Shown here: positions 1 to 10,632 of the stretch, piece after piece | Position numbering within the stretch: the stretch's first letter is position 1 | Layout of the letters: each line of letters opens with the position of its first letter | DNA from: an uncultured Verrucomicrobiae bacterium | GTDB lineage: Bacteria > Verrucomicrobiota > Verrucomicrobiia > Chthoniobacterales > Terrimicrobiaceae | Direction of reading: 5' to 3' | Assembly (NCBI GenBank): GCA_963706955.1 | Contig: CAVPOC010000010.1 | Coordinates: forward strand, 251,909-315,908 | DNA length: 64,000 nt | Translations under genes and position numbers: made by a program | Notes under the pieces: generated by a model | The model's input: the letters and a program-made list of their open reading frames with translations, nothing else | Told to the model about the DNA's origin: nothing | Databases searched by the model: none

Positions 1-931
1 CACGATCGACTTCCCGGAACGAGCAACTGTGGCAAGGCTCAGCGAGCCATTCCGTGCCTCGAAACCGCTCAAACGCCGGACTGCTCGCCCAAATCCAGGA
101 CAGCGTCCTCTTCGTAACGTTGTCAAATTTCAAGCCAGGGATAGCCGATGCGGCTTGGCAGGGCAAAACATCTCCCCGTGGGTTCACAGTTAGGCTGCGG
201 CTGCCCCAGCCATACAGGCATGCCTTCGGACGTCTCTCGTAGTAGTCACAGGCGACATAGACCAATTGCAACTGTCCATTAAGACGAGTTCTCTCGCGAT
301 CGACGATCTCTTGCGCTCGTCGCAACTGCTCACGTGTCGGAAGCAAATGCGGTCTGTTTTCGAGCGCCCACCCATAAAACTGAGTGTTAGCGAGCTCGAC
401 GCGGAAGGCCCGGAGGCGTTCCGCCAGTTTAATAAAGTTGGCTATTCGATCGATATTGCTTCGATGCAGGACGAAGTTCGCGCTCCATGGCAAATCAACG
501 TCGCATGCGGCTTCGACCGCTTGCAGCTTCTTTAGATGCGCTCTCGTGCCAGCGATGGCATCCGCTAATTCGGCCTCGTCGGCTTGAAAACTGATCTGGA
601 CGGTATCGAGACCGGCCGCTTTGAGTTCCTTGGCTTTTCGCGAATCGAGGCCAAGCCCACTGGTGATGAGATTGGAATATAATCCGTTTTCTCGCGCGAC
701 GTTGATCAACTCGGCGATGGACGAGCAGTGCAGCGGTTCGCCGCCCGAAAACCCTACTTGTAAAACTCCCATTTCCGCAGCCTCACGGATGACCCGCTTC
801 CAGACAGAAACAGGCAATTCGCTCTCCGGTGCTGTTAGCTTAAGAGGATTAGAGCAATAGGGACAATGCAACGGACACCGGTGGCTTAGTTCCAGTAGGA
901 TGCCCAATGGGCGGTAGAGTTCTGCAGTCAT
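1..931 (-). CDS. pqqE: PQQ biosynthesis radical SAM protein PqqE (runs off the window edge)
   Basis: Translated by hand from ATG 931, which overlaps the pqqD stop: MTAELYRPLGILLELSHRCPLHCPYCSNP (CxxxCxxC). Near base 1 it reads RGTEWLAEPCHSCSFREVD (SPASM region). Lies downstream of pqqD. Confidence 0.95.
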   Translation of the reverse strand, partial: MTAELYRPLGILLELSHRCPLHCPYCSNPLKLTAPESELPVSVWKRVIREAAEMGVLQVGFSGGEPLHCSSIAELINVARENGLYSNLITSGLGLDSRKAKELKAAGLDTVQISFQADEAELADAIAGTRAHLKKLQAVEAACDVDLPWSANFVLHRSNIDRIANFIKLAERLRAFRVELANTQFYGWALENRPHLLPTREQLRRAQEIVDRERTRLNGQLQLVYVACDYYERRPKACLYGWGSRSLTVNPRGDVLPCQAASAIPGLKFDNVTKRTLSWIWASSPAFERFRGTEWLAEPCHSCSFREVDR

Positions 932-1215
932 GGCTCGATGAGACGGATCAGTCCCCTTGCTTCCAACCCGTGCAAGCATTCCGCGACGTCGCCGGCAATC
1001 TCCTCAGGGGAGCCCTCATAACGTTCCATGAGTCGTGCTGTAATCTCGGCAACGCTCGATTTGCCCTTGCAAAGCGACAAGATGGTGGCCGTAGTCTCTT
1101 CGAGTTCGAGAACTCCTTCTGGGTAAAGAAGCAGAGGACGACCCGTGAGCGGATCGGTATGCAGCCTGGCGTAATCGGCGAGCTTCGGTTTACAGCGTTC
1201 AATGGGTAACGGCAT
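928..1215 (-). CDS. pqqD: PQQ biosynthesis peptide chaperone PqqD
   Basis: LLLYPEGVLEL..TATILSLC motif, ~95 aa, between pqqC and pqqE. Start taken at MPLPIE (the ORF track starts at 1224). Confidence 0.93.
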   Translation of the reverse strand: MPLPIERCKPKLADYARLHTDPLTGRPLLLYPEGVLELEETTATILSLCKGKSSVAEITARLMERYEGSPEEIAGDVAECLHGLEARGLIRLIEP

Positions 1216-1873
1216 CGATTGCATCTAGCATACTCCAGAGAACGTCGCATTTGAAGTGGAGGGCTTGGATGGCGGCCGTCTGCAAGTCAGCGTTGTCGCA
1301 CCACTTGAGGGTAATCGCCAGCGCTTCCTCTGAATCTTGAGGCGCTTGAACAAGCCGCTTGCGAAAATAATCAAATCCCCATTCGGGGACCCACGGATAA
1401 TGTTTCTGGAAAGCGGCCAGTCGCTGCGCCATGAGATCAGGCGCAAACATCTCGGTCAACGATGAGGCTATGGCGACTGGCCAGGGAGCCGTGCGAGCGA
1501 AATGAACGTAAGCGCCCACCGCGAATCGCACTCCAGGTAGAGGGTCGGCTCCCAATTGAGCCCGATCAACTCCGCAAGCTTCGGCCAGGCGGAGCCAAGC
1601 CCCAATTCCGCCCTCGTCTCCTCTTTGGCCGTCGTGATCGACGATCCGATGCAACCAGATTCGTCGCACTTCGCGTAACGGGCAATTGCTGACGATAGCA
1701 GCATCTTTGAGCGGGATGCTTTCCTGATAGTGGAAGCGATTCGCCACCCACGTCCGTATTGCCTGGGGAGAAAGTTCGCCTGCGTTCATCCGCTGATGAA
1801 AAGGATGGAGGTGGTGGTATTTTCCTCGTCCGACTTGATGCAAAGCTTCGAGGAATTGTTCACGCGACATCAT
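1199..1873 (-). CDS. pqqC: Pyrroloquinoline-quinone synthase PqqC
   Basis: YHHLHPFH, WVANRFHYQ..IP.KDA, RIVDHDG and FKCDVLWSMLDA motifs. Confidence 0.96.
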   Translation of the reverse strand: MMSREQFLEALHQVGRGKYHHLHPFHQRMNAGELSPQAIRTWVANRFHYQESIPLKDAAIVSNCPLREVRRIWLHRIVDHDGQRGDEGGIGAWLRLAEACGVDRAQLGADPLPGVRFAVGAYVHFARTAPWPVAIASSLTEMFAPDLMAQRLAAFQKHYPWVPEWGFDYFRKRLVQAPQDSEEALAITLKWCDNADLQTAAIQALHFKCDVLWSMLDAIDAVTH

Positions 1874-2790
1874 AACGTTAGCGACATTCCATCCTCAGCG
1901 ACGAGAATTCCTAGCTTTTCGATCGCTTGGCGTTCCGGCGAATTCGGTAACAAAATCGGATTGGTATTATTGATGTGGATGTAGGCGCAGACTGACCTCT
2001 GCAAGGGAGCGACTTTCATCAAGCTTCCCGTCTCGCCCGAAATAGGAAGATGGCCCATTTCCGTGGCCAAAGACTGCGAGATTTTAAGATCCTGCATTTC
2101 ACTCGCGGACCAGAATGTTCCATCTAAGAATAGCACATCGCAACGACTGAAGACGGCAAGCAAATCGTCATCCAGATGACTGATATCTGGAAAGAAGCCG
2201 GCCATTCGCTTAGTGGCTGGTTCAGTAACTACGTAACCCACCACGTCGCTCTCCGACTGCTCGGTATAGCGCGGCGGTTTCCGATATTTCAGGGCCACAC
2301 ATCGAATCTGCAAGCCGCCAACGATCTCGCATTCATCTGCTCCTATGTCCGTCCATTCGATACCGCAAAAGGAGTTCAAGACAGGTCCAATGGGAAACTC
2401 TTCACATAAGATCCGCCTGACCGAGGCGGGAGCCATTACTTCCAGCGGCTTATCATTCTCTCTCATCAGCAAAAGGCCAATCACGTGGTCGAGATCGGCA
2501 CTAGTCAGCAGCACGTTCGAGACCGGCGATGAGCGAGTTGCGGCGGATGGATCGGATAAATAGCGATCAATCTGGATCGGGATATCCGGCGACGCATTGA
2601 GCAACACCCAAGAATCGCCTTCCCTGGAAACGGCAATGCCACTCTGCAATCGAGCGGGCGTCTCGCCCCGTCGGGCCGCCTGACAGCACCGACACCGGCA
2701 ATTCCATTGCGGGAATCCCCCTCCGGCGGCGGTTCCGAGAACTCGGATCTCGATAAGCTTACCGGCTACCTGCGTATAAGCAGACCTCAA
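1870..2790 (-). CDS. pqqB: PQQ biosynthesis protein PqqB (metallo-beta-lactamase fold); start uncertain
   Basis: VLGTAAGGGFPQWNCRCRCC, LLNASPDI, DLDHVIGL, DGTFW, MGHLP and IHINNTNP motifs. Confidence 0.95.
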   Translation of the reverse strand: MRSAYTQVAGKLIEIRVLGTAAGGGFPQWNCRCRCCQAARRGETPARLQSGIAVSREGDSWVLLNASPDIPIQIDRYLSDPSAATRSSPVSNVLLTSADLDHVIGLLLMRENDKPLEVMAPASVRRILCEEFPIGPVLNSFCGIEWTDIGADECEIVGGLQIRCVALKYRKPPRYTEQSESDVVGYVVTEPATKRMAGFFPDISHLDDDLLAVFSRCDVLFLDGTFWSASEMQDLKISQSLATEMGHLPISGETGSLMKVAPLQRSVCAYIHINNTNPILLPNSPERQAIEKLGILVAEDGMSLTL

Positions 2791-2857
2791 AAAAGATCGG
2801 CAGATCCTTAAACGAGGGCTTCACCCAGATTGGCTTCTTAACCTTACGCGTGTTCAT
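2759..2857 (-). CDS. pqqA: PQQ precursor peptide PqqA (32 aa, MNTRKVKKPIWVKPSFKDLPIFFEVCLYAGSR)
   Basis: Translated by hand. W-x-K-P..F..D leader and E-x-x-x-Y core, directly upstream of pqqB. Confidence 0.92.
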   Translation of the reverse strand: MNTRKVKKPIWVKPSFKDLPIFFEVCLYAGSR

Positions 2858-3209
2858 AGCTCGGGCGCGTTCCATCTCATTGAAAAAACTATTCAGGAAC
2901 AAACACCGCCCGCCTACCTCCGTCCAATTTTTTTTGAGCTATTTCGTAGCATTTGGCCACCTCCTCGAGAGGTTGATGTGCTTCGCACTTATTGCCCTTT
3001 CCCCGTGGCTATTTCGGATTCACAGATCGGGTCCACTTGCCACCTCTGATTGCGGCTTCTCGAATATCGGCCGGACACATGATGCGCACCGCTCCGGCTT
3101 GCAGCGACACAGTCGCGCCTCGCCCTGCCGGTAGACGTTATCTCATCGGGGCCGCCGGAAAGGTTTTATCTCATCTCGAAATTACGCGATCTCTCGCGGC
3201 CGTTCGGCC

Positions 3210-3698
3210 TCAAACTTCCCGTGCGGTTTCCAGATACATCGAAGTGATCAGGGGGATCGCTTCAATCAGCCGATCAGCCATGTCCTGCTCGTCACTGAGG
3301 ATACTTTCCAGGACGGGAACGATTTCATTGAGGCCAAGATCTTCTGCGGCGGTAATCAGGGATGTGTAGCAGGCTATCTCGAAATTCTCCGCCGTAAATT
3401 CCGCAAGCGCGTTTTTCACAAGAGTGTCGTCAGCGAGCGATGTGGGAAGCCCGGAAACCAAGCCACTGAATCGCGCCATAGCTGTCTTCAGAGCTGGCCT
3501 ATCCTCGCCAAGTTGCTCGAGCAGAGTGGCGATTTTATCTGAATGCTCTTCCGTAACTTTGCGATGCTCTTCGATAGGATTGCGAACTTCGGGATGCTCT
3601 TTAGCGTCTTCGGCATGCTTCTTGAGGGTATCTTCCAGGGCTCGCTCCATTGCGTAAGCGTCGCGAAGCCAGGCTATAAATTGATCTTTTGATTCCAT
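3210..3698 (-). CDS. DUF892 / YciE-like ferritin-like protein
   Basis: WLRDAYAME, H...T..H and ENFEIACYTSL diiron four-helix motifs. Confidence 0.88.
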   Translation of the reverse strand: MESKDQFIAWLRDAYAMERALEDTLKKHAEDAKEHPEVRNPIEEHRKVTEEHSDKIATLLEQLGEDRPALKTAMARFSGLVSGLPTSLADDTLVKNALAEFTAENFEIACYTSLITAAEDLGLNEIVPVLESILSDEQDMADRLIEAIPLITSMYLETAREV

Positions 3699-4579
3699 GT
3701 CTAGCTTAGATTCGTTGCGAGCAGCAAAGCCAGCGGTCGGGCCGCTTACTTACTCCGCACTCAGGGCGAAAGGCTCGGCGCAGAAACCAAACGAAACGAT
3801 AGAATATTAGCAATCGTATCGCGTCTACGCTCACCGATGGGACAATCAGGAGCTCTCCCGATTGGAAGAAAGAAGCGTCCGGTGTTAACTACCTCTTGTT
3901 CACGCAAAGTAGGCGAAATCCTACGCCTGCGGCCAGGACGGGCTGGCAAGTCTACTCGCCGGATCGACAGGGCAGCCCGCCTCTTTTTGGCAGGCACACC
4001 CATTCGTTCTCGTGCCCTGGCAAGGTTTTCAAACGGAAATCCGACTGCGCAATTTGCCGGGCGCCTCGCGGGCTCGTCATCTTACCAGTTCGCATTCAAG
4101 CTGTAGAGAAACGGAACCAAGGGCGTTTAGATCTCACGTTCTCCGTGTTCGTCGGCATAGTCCCAGTGAGCGTTGTGACAGTGACGGTTGGATGATTCAC
4201 AAGCGGATGCAGGCAGACTTCCCTCGATTCTCATCCCGCGTTATTTGCCGCTGCCACTCACCGCAAACGTGCCGGAACCAGTCCGGCCGCGCATTGCGTT
4301 CGTGCCAGTCTTCACGAAGACAGGGCGCAGACGCGAGCTCCTCCCAGCGATCAAAGCCGCCTGAGACCGCCGTGAGGGGTCGCCGGGGAAAGGACCCCGA
4401 GCGGCAAAAGCAGTGCCACGATCATTAGCATAGTTCCTCGCTACTTTTGAGTTAGTCCTCGTGCAAACTCAGAGAGTTTCGTGTGCTCTGGAAGCCGCCA
4501 AATCGTGAACACTCCGCTGAACTCAGCGGAGGCGCGATTTGCGATTGCCCTGGTGCGGCAAGTTGATCTAGGAGAGCTG

Positions 4580-6769
4580 ATGCCCATCGAATACTCTTCT
4601 GCAGACAGAACTTTCTTTCTGCACGCCGGCGATGCGACTTACGCCATGAAAGTGCTCACGCATGGGTTTCTCGCGCATCTTTATTGGGGAAAAAGGATCG
4701 CTACCCAGGATTTGGACTTCGTCTTGCAGTTGCGAGAGCGTGCCTTCAGTGCAAATCCCGACGGATTGGGCCAGGAATTCAGTCTTGACACCCTGCCGTT
4801 GGAATACCCGGTTTACGGAACGACCGATTTTAGGTCACCGGCGCTCGAGGTTTTTCAGCCTGAAGACGGATCGCGACTCGTGGACCTGCGGTTCAAGGAT
4901 CATCGGATTATCGCCGGGAAGCCTGGTCTCTCAGGTCTTCCTTCCACCTGGATTGAAGACAAGAGGGAAGCGCAAACACTCATCATTGGACTTGAGGATT
5001 CAAAAGTCGGTCTGCGCGTCGAGCTTTCCTACAGCGCCTTCGCCGATCACTCTGTAATCACCCGGTCGGCACTCATTCTGCATCAAGGAAAGCCTCCTCT
5101 CATTGTTCGTCGAGCATTGTCTTGTTCAGTTGACTTTGCGGCGAAGGAAACGAAGTCGAATTTCCTGCATCTTTTCGGCGCGCACATTCGTGAACGCGAA
5201 GTCTGCTGCACGCCTCTTCGCCCGGGCATCCAATCGGTGGAAAGCCGTCGTGGCGCCAGCAGCCATCATCACAATCCATTCTACGCACTCACGGAACTGG
5301 GCACAGATGAGGATCACGGATCCGTTTACGGCTTCAATCTCGTTTACAGCGGAAACTTTCTCGGACTCGCCGAATGCGATGCCGATTACGGTTGCCGCGC
5401 CCAGTTGGGAATCAATCCGTTTGATTTTTCCTGGACGCTCGAGCCTGGAACCGAATTCCAAACTCCCGAGGCGGTGCTGGTCTTCTCGGCCGAAGGTCTT
5501 GGCGGAATGTCCCGCGCTTACCATCGCCTCTATCGCCAGCATCTCTGCCGTGGGGAATGGCGGGACAAGCCACGCCCGATCGTGATCAATAATTGGGAGG
5601 CGACCTACTTCGATTTTGACGCGACTAAACTAAACGAGATCGCTGCTGCCGCGGCGAGCTTGGGTATCGAACTATTTGTCCTCGACGACGGGTGGTTTGG
5701 CTGCCGCGATAACGATCGCTCTTCGTTGGGGGACTGGTTCGTGCACCGGACAAAACTGCCGCGAGGGCTGGCAGAGCTCGCGGGACAAATCCAAAAGAAG
5801 GGACTTAGCTTTGGTCTCTGGTTCGAACCGGAAATGATTTCGGTCGACAGCGAACTTTATCGTGCACATCCCGATTGGTGCTTGCACGTCACCGGACGCT
5901 CCCGAAGTGAAGGACGCCATCAGCTCGTTCTCGATTTCTCGCGCAAGGAAGTTCGGGAGAATGTCTATCAGCAGATGAAGGAAATCCTCACCGCTGCGCC
6001 GATCACCTATGTGAAGTGGGATATGAATCGCAACATGACTGAGATTGGCTCCGCTGCCCTCGACGCCGGTCGTCAGCCAGAAACCGCCCACCGCTATATG
6101 CTTGGACTTTACGAGTTCATGGAGCGGCTCATTGGCGAATTTCCACATATCCTTTTCGAAGGGTGTGCCGGCGGAGGAGGCCGCTTCGACCCGGGCATCC
6201 TCTATTACATGCCGCAAATTTGGACGAGCGACGACACGGATGCGATCTGCCGTCTAAAAATCCAGCATGGCACGAGTTTGGTCTATCCCTGGAGTGCTAT
6301 ATCGGCTCACGTCTCGGTGGTTCCGAATCATCAGCTTGGTCGCCTCACACCGCTTCGAACCCGCGGCGACGTCGCCTTCACTGGAGCATTCGGTTATGAA
6401 CTCGATGTCTCCCTCCTCGAAGCCGACGAGCGCGAAGAGATCAAACGACAGACGGCCTTCTATAAGCAGGTGCGCCAACTATTACTGAACGGTGACCTCT
6501 ACCGGCTACGCAGTCCGTTCGAGTGCAACGAAGCAGCTTGGCTGGTTGTTTCACCGACGAAGGAGGAGGCACTCGTTACGCACGTAACCATCCTCGCTTT
6601 ACCCAACGCAGCCCAGCGGTTCCTCCCCCTAAAAGGCCTCGACCCAAGTGCAAAATACAAGATTGACAACCTTGTTTATCGCGGAGACGCGCTCATGAAC
6701 ATCGGGCTCCCGATCCCTTATGCTTCAGAGGACTTTGTCAGTTGCCAATGGCATTTGAATAGGTCGTAG
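4580..6769 (+). CDS. Alpha-galactosidase, GH36
   Basis: NNWEATYFDF, LFVLDDGWFG, FGLWFEPEM, YVKWDMNR and WTSDDTDA motifs. GGAG RBS before ATG 4580. Confidence 0.95.
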   Translation: MPIEYSSADRTFFLHAGDATYAMKVLTHGFLAHLYWGKRIATQDLDFVLQLRERAFSANPDGLGQEFSLDTLPLEYPVYGTTDFRSPALEVFQPEDGSRLVDLRFKDHRIIAGKPGLSGLPSTWIEDKREAQTLIIGLEDSKVGLRVELSYSAFADHSVITRSALILHQGKPPLIVRRALSCSVDFAAKETKSNFLHLFGAHIREREVCCTPLRPGIQSVESRRGASSHHHNPFYALTELGTDEDHGSVYGFNLVYSGNFLGLAECDADYGCRAQLGINPFDFSWTLEPGTEFQTPEAVLVFSAEGLGGMSRAYHRLYRQHLCRGEWRDKPRPIVINNWEATYFDFDATKLNEIAAAAASLGIELFVLDDGWFGCRDNDRSSLGDWFVHRTKLPRGLAELAGQIQKKGLSFGLWFEPEMISVDSELYRAHPDWCLHVTGRSRSEGRHQLVLDFSRKEVRENVYQQMKEILTAAPITYVKWDMNRNMTEIGSAALDAGRQPETAHRYMLGLYEFMERLIGEFPHILFEGCAGGGGRFDPGILYYMPQIWTSDDTDAICRLKIQHGTSLVYPWSAISAHVSVVPNHQLGRLTPLRTRGDVAFTGAFGYELDVSLLEADEREEIKRQTAFYKQVRQLLLNGDLYRLRSPFECNEAAWLVVSPTKEEALVTHVTILALPNAAQRFLPLKGLDPSAKYKIDNLVYRGDALMNIGLPIPYASEDFVSCQWHLNRS

Positions 6770-7202
6770 TTACTCACGCCGATGCCCGGCCGACTTTCCA
6801 GGTTTTGAAGCTCGGTCTCAACCGCCAAGTCGAATCCTTCACCGGGCGTGCTGGTATTGCACAGCCGGCGGGACATCCTAGCCTGTTGGTCGGCCGCTCA
6901 GCCCAAGACCGCTCCTGTCCCAATTTTTCGAAATCCAGCGAATTCCCCGCCAGGAAACGATGCGTCTTGCCCGTCATCTCCCAAACGTAGCCTCGGGGAC
7001 GTAAAGGCGCCTGCGAGCGGCAACAGCATTGTCTCGCACCAGCAAGCTCGTCTTTTCATTTTTTACGTCGCTCGCGGTAAACGCAGAGTTCATGCACGTA
7101 ATGAATGGCTTTCGTCTGAGGCAAGCAGACGAGACAGTAGCGATCTTGTCTGGCAAATTGCGTATTTCATAGTTCAGGATTAATACCTTCAACAACCACG
7201 TC

Positions 7203-7586
7203 ATGAGTTCGTACAAGCCAGAAAACTACCCGTCGGTCTCGCCCTACTTAATCGTCACAAATGCCGGGGCGGCTATTGATTTTCTGATCGCTGTTTTCGA
7301 TGCGGTCGAGGTTCGGCGATTTGCGGATACCGATGGCCGAGTGATGCACGCTGAAGTTCGCCTCGACGACACGGTTATCATGCTGGGCGACTCCGCCGAT
7401 CAATGGCCTGCCGTGGAATCACATGTTCACGTCTATGTTCCGGATGTTGACGTCGCTTATGCACGAGCCTTGCAACACGGCGCCACCTCTGTGCAGTCGC
7501 CAGAGAAGAAAGACGACGACGATAAGCGAGGCGGGGCAAAAGATCCGTGGGGCACCACTTGGTGGATTGCCACCAGGATCGCATAG
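7203..7586 (+). CDS. VOC/glyoxalase (PhnB-like) family protein
   Basis: SVSPYLIV..AIDFL..VF, MHAEVR, HVYVPDVD and DPWGTTWWIAT motifs. Confidence 0.88.
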   Translation: MSSYKPENYPSVSPYLIVTNAGAAIDFLIAVFDAVEVRRFADTDGRVMHAEVRLDDTVIMLGDSADQWPAVESHVHVYVPDVDVAYARALQHGATSVQSPEKKDDDDKRGGAKDPWGTTWWIATRIA

Positions 7587-8366
7587 CTCCGTTCGCGGTA
7601 GAAAAGTGCCTTCCGTTTCGGGCCGGAACGGGCAAATCTTCTACGAGCCCGAACCGCGGCTAGTGAGGATGCACGCTTTCCGTCTCCGCAATGCTTTGCC
7701 TGCTTCGTGGCAGAGGGTTGGGCAATTCGTTTTATCGCGCAGCGATTCGTGCCGGATCATCTAAGCGCGTGTGCGGCGGGACGTCTCCACGAGCGGGTTG
7801 AGCAACAATTCTTATCTTCCGTTTATCGAGCTAGATGCGACGCTTACTAGGCCTCGACGGCGAGGAGGCGAGTCGATAGCATAGAGTTTAACGCTACTTC
7901 CCTTTAGCCAAGCAGCGGAGTTCCACAGGTAGGCTTCGGCTCTGAAAAAAAGCGGTGTGCGTGCAGCGACTACGCTGCGGATAATCTCGAGCGGTGTTGA
8001 TACGGGCTTTCGCTGGGCGGATTAACTGACGTACGCCTTTCAATTTTACCAACCAGGCCGGTCTCCCAAGGCCTTAGGTATCTCTATACTGCTAACGGAT
8101 CCGTCCTATGCTCCGATATCGAGCAAAGGGACGGCACTCTCGAGTGTCGTTTGAAAACAACTTAAATAAGCAGAGAAGTCTCTTCAAAAAGTCGGGCATC
8201 TGTTGCATACTTTGATAGGGAGGTTTCCACTATACTATATCGACTTCCTTAGGCACTGTCAAGCCCTGGTGGCTGCCCGCAGCGCGCACGCACCTTTTAC
8301 ATGCGGCGAGCCACTCTCTCACAACGTTCTTTGTTTTACCTGGCCCTATTGACTAATAGCTGCGGT

Positions 8367-8865
8367 TTAGGCTGGGGCGATAACCGTGACCGTGCTTCTG
8401 AACCTCGATACCTCAAAGCGCCGTCCTCGACAAACAAGATCCCGCCGTCGCGTGGATTCACCGAGGCGCAAGGACCGCATTAGCAATTGCAATAACGCCT
8501 CGCGCCGCGCCAAATTGGCTGCCTGTTCTAAACCCGATATTGCCGCCTGCGGCTAACCGCTGCACAACCAAGATCGTCTCGAACGCAGAGTTAGTCGCGT
8601 TGCGGCCGTTGATCTGGAACTCGTCGGACTGAACCGCAATCTCGTACTTTCCCTTGGCTGGATCGTTCGGATCCTGACTGGTCTCGACGAACTCGATGTC
8701 GGGATTCGGATCATCGATCCTGATCGAGGCCGCGCCTCCACAGCTGCTTACCTGTCTGATACGCAATGCGGGTTGGTTATATTCTGGGTTTGTGGCAGTC
8801 ACTTCGAGCACAGCAGAAGCCGAGTCAAGGGTGCCATCGTTTGATGTGATGGATATTGTCGCCAT
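8367..8865 (-). pseudogene. Phage tail-fibre-like beta-rich protein with two apparent frameshifts
   Basis: AGGAGA RBS then MATISITSND... After shifts near 8462 and 8398 the frames give APSVNPRDGGILFVEDGALRYRGS / TVTVIAPA*, a C-terminal pattern I recognise from tail-fibre-like proteins. Confidence 0.55.
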
Positions 8866-9301
8866 CCTATTTCTCCTAATAGTGGTTTTGGCAAGAACTA
8901 GATCGATGCCAATTTGGGTGGACCCTTTTGACGTCGCTTTAAAGCCTCTGCCTTCATGATCAAGATGGGCCAAAGAAAGCAGCATCCACTTAGGAAACAC
9001 GGCCCACGCCGATCTCATGGGCGCGTCCAGCGCCCACGCTCGGGTGGAACCAAAAGGTTAGCAATACGCCGAGCGCCACTCAGCACCTTTTAGAAAAAGC
9101 TTCCCACAAGCTGCACAACGGCTTTGTCTGGCATACATTCTCGTCGAGCATTTGTTTGTGGAGTCTTGGTTTTCTGCCAGCCACGGTCCCACTTTGTCGC
9201 CCTTGCTAGTTACCTCGGATTCTCCGCGAGTTCGTCGAACCCTCTTGGCGAATATACGCACATGCTGATCCCCTTATTGCTCTTCGGTCGTTTGGTTTCC
9301 A

Positions 9302-10525
9302 CTAGCTCGCCCGTCTCTTTCTCGGTTCTCCGCTCCTTTTTCGTGTGTTCGAGGTTTGCACAGTAAGACCCGCTTCCGGTCCCCGCGTTTCCACTTCCTC
9401 GAGATGTTCTTCAATAAAACTCTCCAGTTCCTCAGCGGCTTCGATCTTTGCCGCGAGGGCGCCTTCCTTTGCTCGGAACGCGCGGTGTTTCGCGATCGCC
9501 CTCTCGACGTCAAGCGGGCCGATAGCGAGATCCTTGCTGAGCGACTGAGTCAACTCGGTTCTGGCTGCCGCGCGTCGCGCTTTTAGGTCCCGGACAAAAT
9601 TGCAGAACAGTAATCGCCGACGCGAAGCGAATACCCTGGCAACTGCCACGGCGATTTGTTGTCGGAATTCCTCCCTGGCTCTACGCGACTGTTCAAGCTG
9701 GATGCCACGCGTGGCCAACCGATTGATAATGTTCTCTGGACTAAAGCCTTGAAATTTGGGCTTGTCATTGCAAGTGCTGATCTTGACTTCGATCGACAGA
9801 TTCAAATCGTTCAATGCCTGCTCGACGGCTCTCTTTAGTGGCAGCGAAGCTCCTCCGCCGATATAAACATCGGCTTCATCCTCTTTACGGTCGAAACCGT
9901 GAAAGGCCACTCCGTAGCAGAAGGTCCGCGACGCAAGAGGCTGGAGCAGTGGAAAGCACGCCGGCTGAATATCTTCCGAAGTGATGTGCCAGCGGTCGAA
10001 GGCGTCTTTGTCCCGATCGCCGTCGCCTTTGCAGAGCCAGAATGATGCCGGGAAAGAGGCAGCCTTCAGTTCCGTGAAAACATTGGGCGCTTGTAGATCG
10101 GTGTGCGGCTCGATTTCTCCGCCATGGGGCGCAATGGCAAGGAAGTAAGCTTGTTTCCCATCGTCATCGGCCAGTTCAAAAAAGCTGAAAGTTCCCGACC
10201 GCGGCGCGTCATCGACGACTTTGGCTTGGACTATTCCTCCCATTGCTTCGGCCGTACCAAGCCGCTCCCGCCCCGTTTGGCCAGTGCGAACGACATTGGC
10301 CAGCTCAGGATTGCCCAGATCGGCGTCGGGATTGGCCTGTTTCACCGTAAAGACGGCCACGAAATTAGGACTTTCGCTTCGCGTGACTCGAACCTGTTGG
10401 CCGAGAGAACGGCCGATGGAATTCAACATGGCTGGGTCCGCCGAGCAACGTTCGGACTCATTCTTCAGATCGTCCTGCTCAGGGAGCTGAAGCTTCAATA
10501 TCTGTGCGGAGTATTCAGATGACAT
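9302..10525 (-). CDS. Poly-gamma-glutamate hydrolase family protein (PghP/YjqB-like) with extra N-terminal domain and coiled-coil tail
   Basis: AIAPHGGEIEPHTD, RWHITS, AFHG, NIINRL and GIQLEQ zinc-peptidase motifs. Confidence 0.8.
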   Translation of the reverse strand: MSSEYSAQILKLQLPEQDDLKNESERCSADPAMLNSIGRSLGQQVRVTRSESPNFVAVFTVKQANPDADLGNPELANVVRTGQTGRERLGTAEAMGGIVQAKVVDDAPRSGTFSFFELADDDGKQAYFLAIAPHGGEIEPHTDLQAPNVFTELKAASFPASFWLCKGDGDRDKDAFDRWHITSEDIQPACFPLLQPLASRTFCYGVAFHGFDRKEDEADVYIGGGASLPLKRAVEQALNDLNLSIEVKISTCNDKPKFQGFSPENIINRLATRGIQLEQSRRAREEFRQQIAVAVARVFASRRRLLFCNFVRDLKARRAAARTELTQSLSKDLAIGPLDVERAIAKHRAFRAKEGALAAKIEAAEELESFIEEHLEEVETRGPEAGLTVQTSNTRKRSGEPRKRRAS

Positions 10526-10632
10526 AATGGTTTATTTTGCTGCTGGCGGAATAACAACCCGGCGGCGGACACGGCGGCAATCCTGCAGATGGCGGTTAAG
10601 GGGCAGCTGATTTCAGGCCGTAGGTGTCAGAT

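Noticed and set aside
3760..4480. Possible gene or riboswitch upstream of the alpha-galactosidase
   Set aside because: No recognisable protein or RNA motif in any frame.
8090..8156. attC-like hairpin TGCTAAC...CCGTCC/GGACGG...GTTTGAA
   Set aside because: The L'-R' spacing (14 nt) and R boxes are non-canonical; recorded only as a hairpin.
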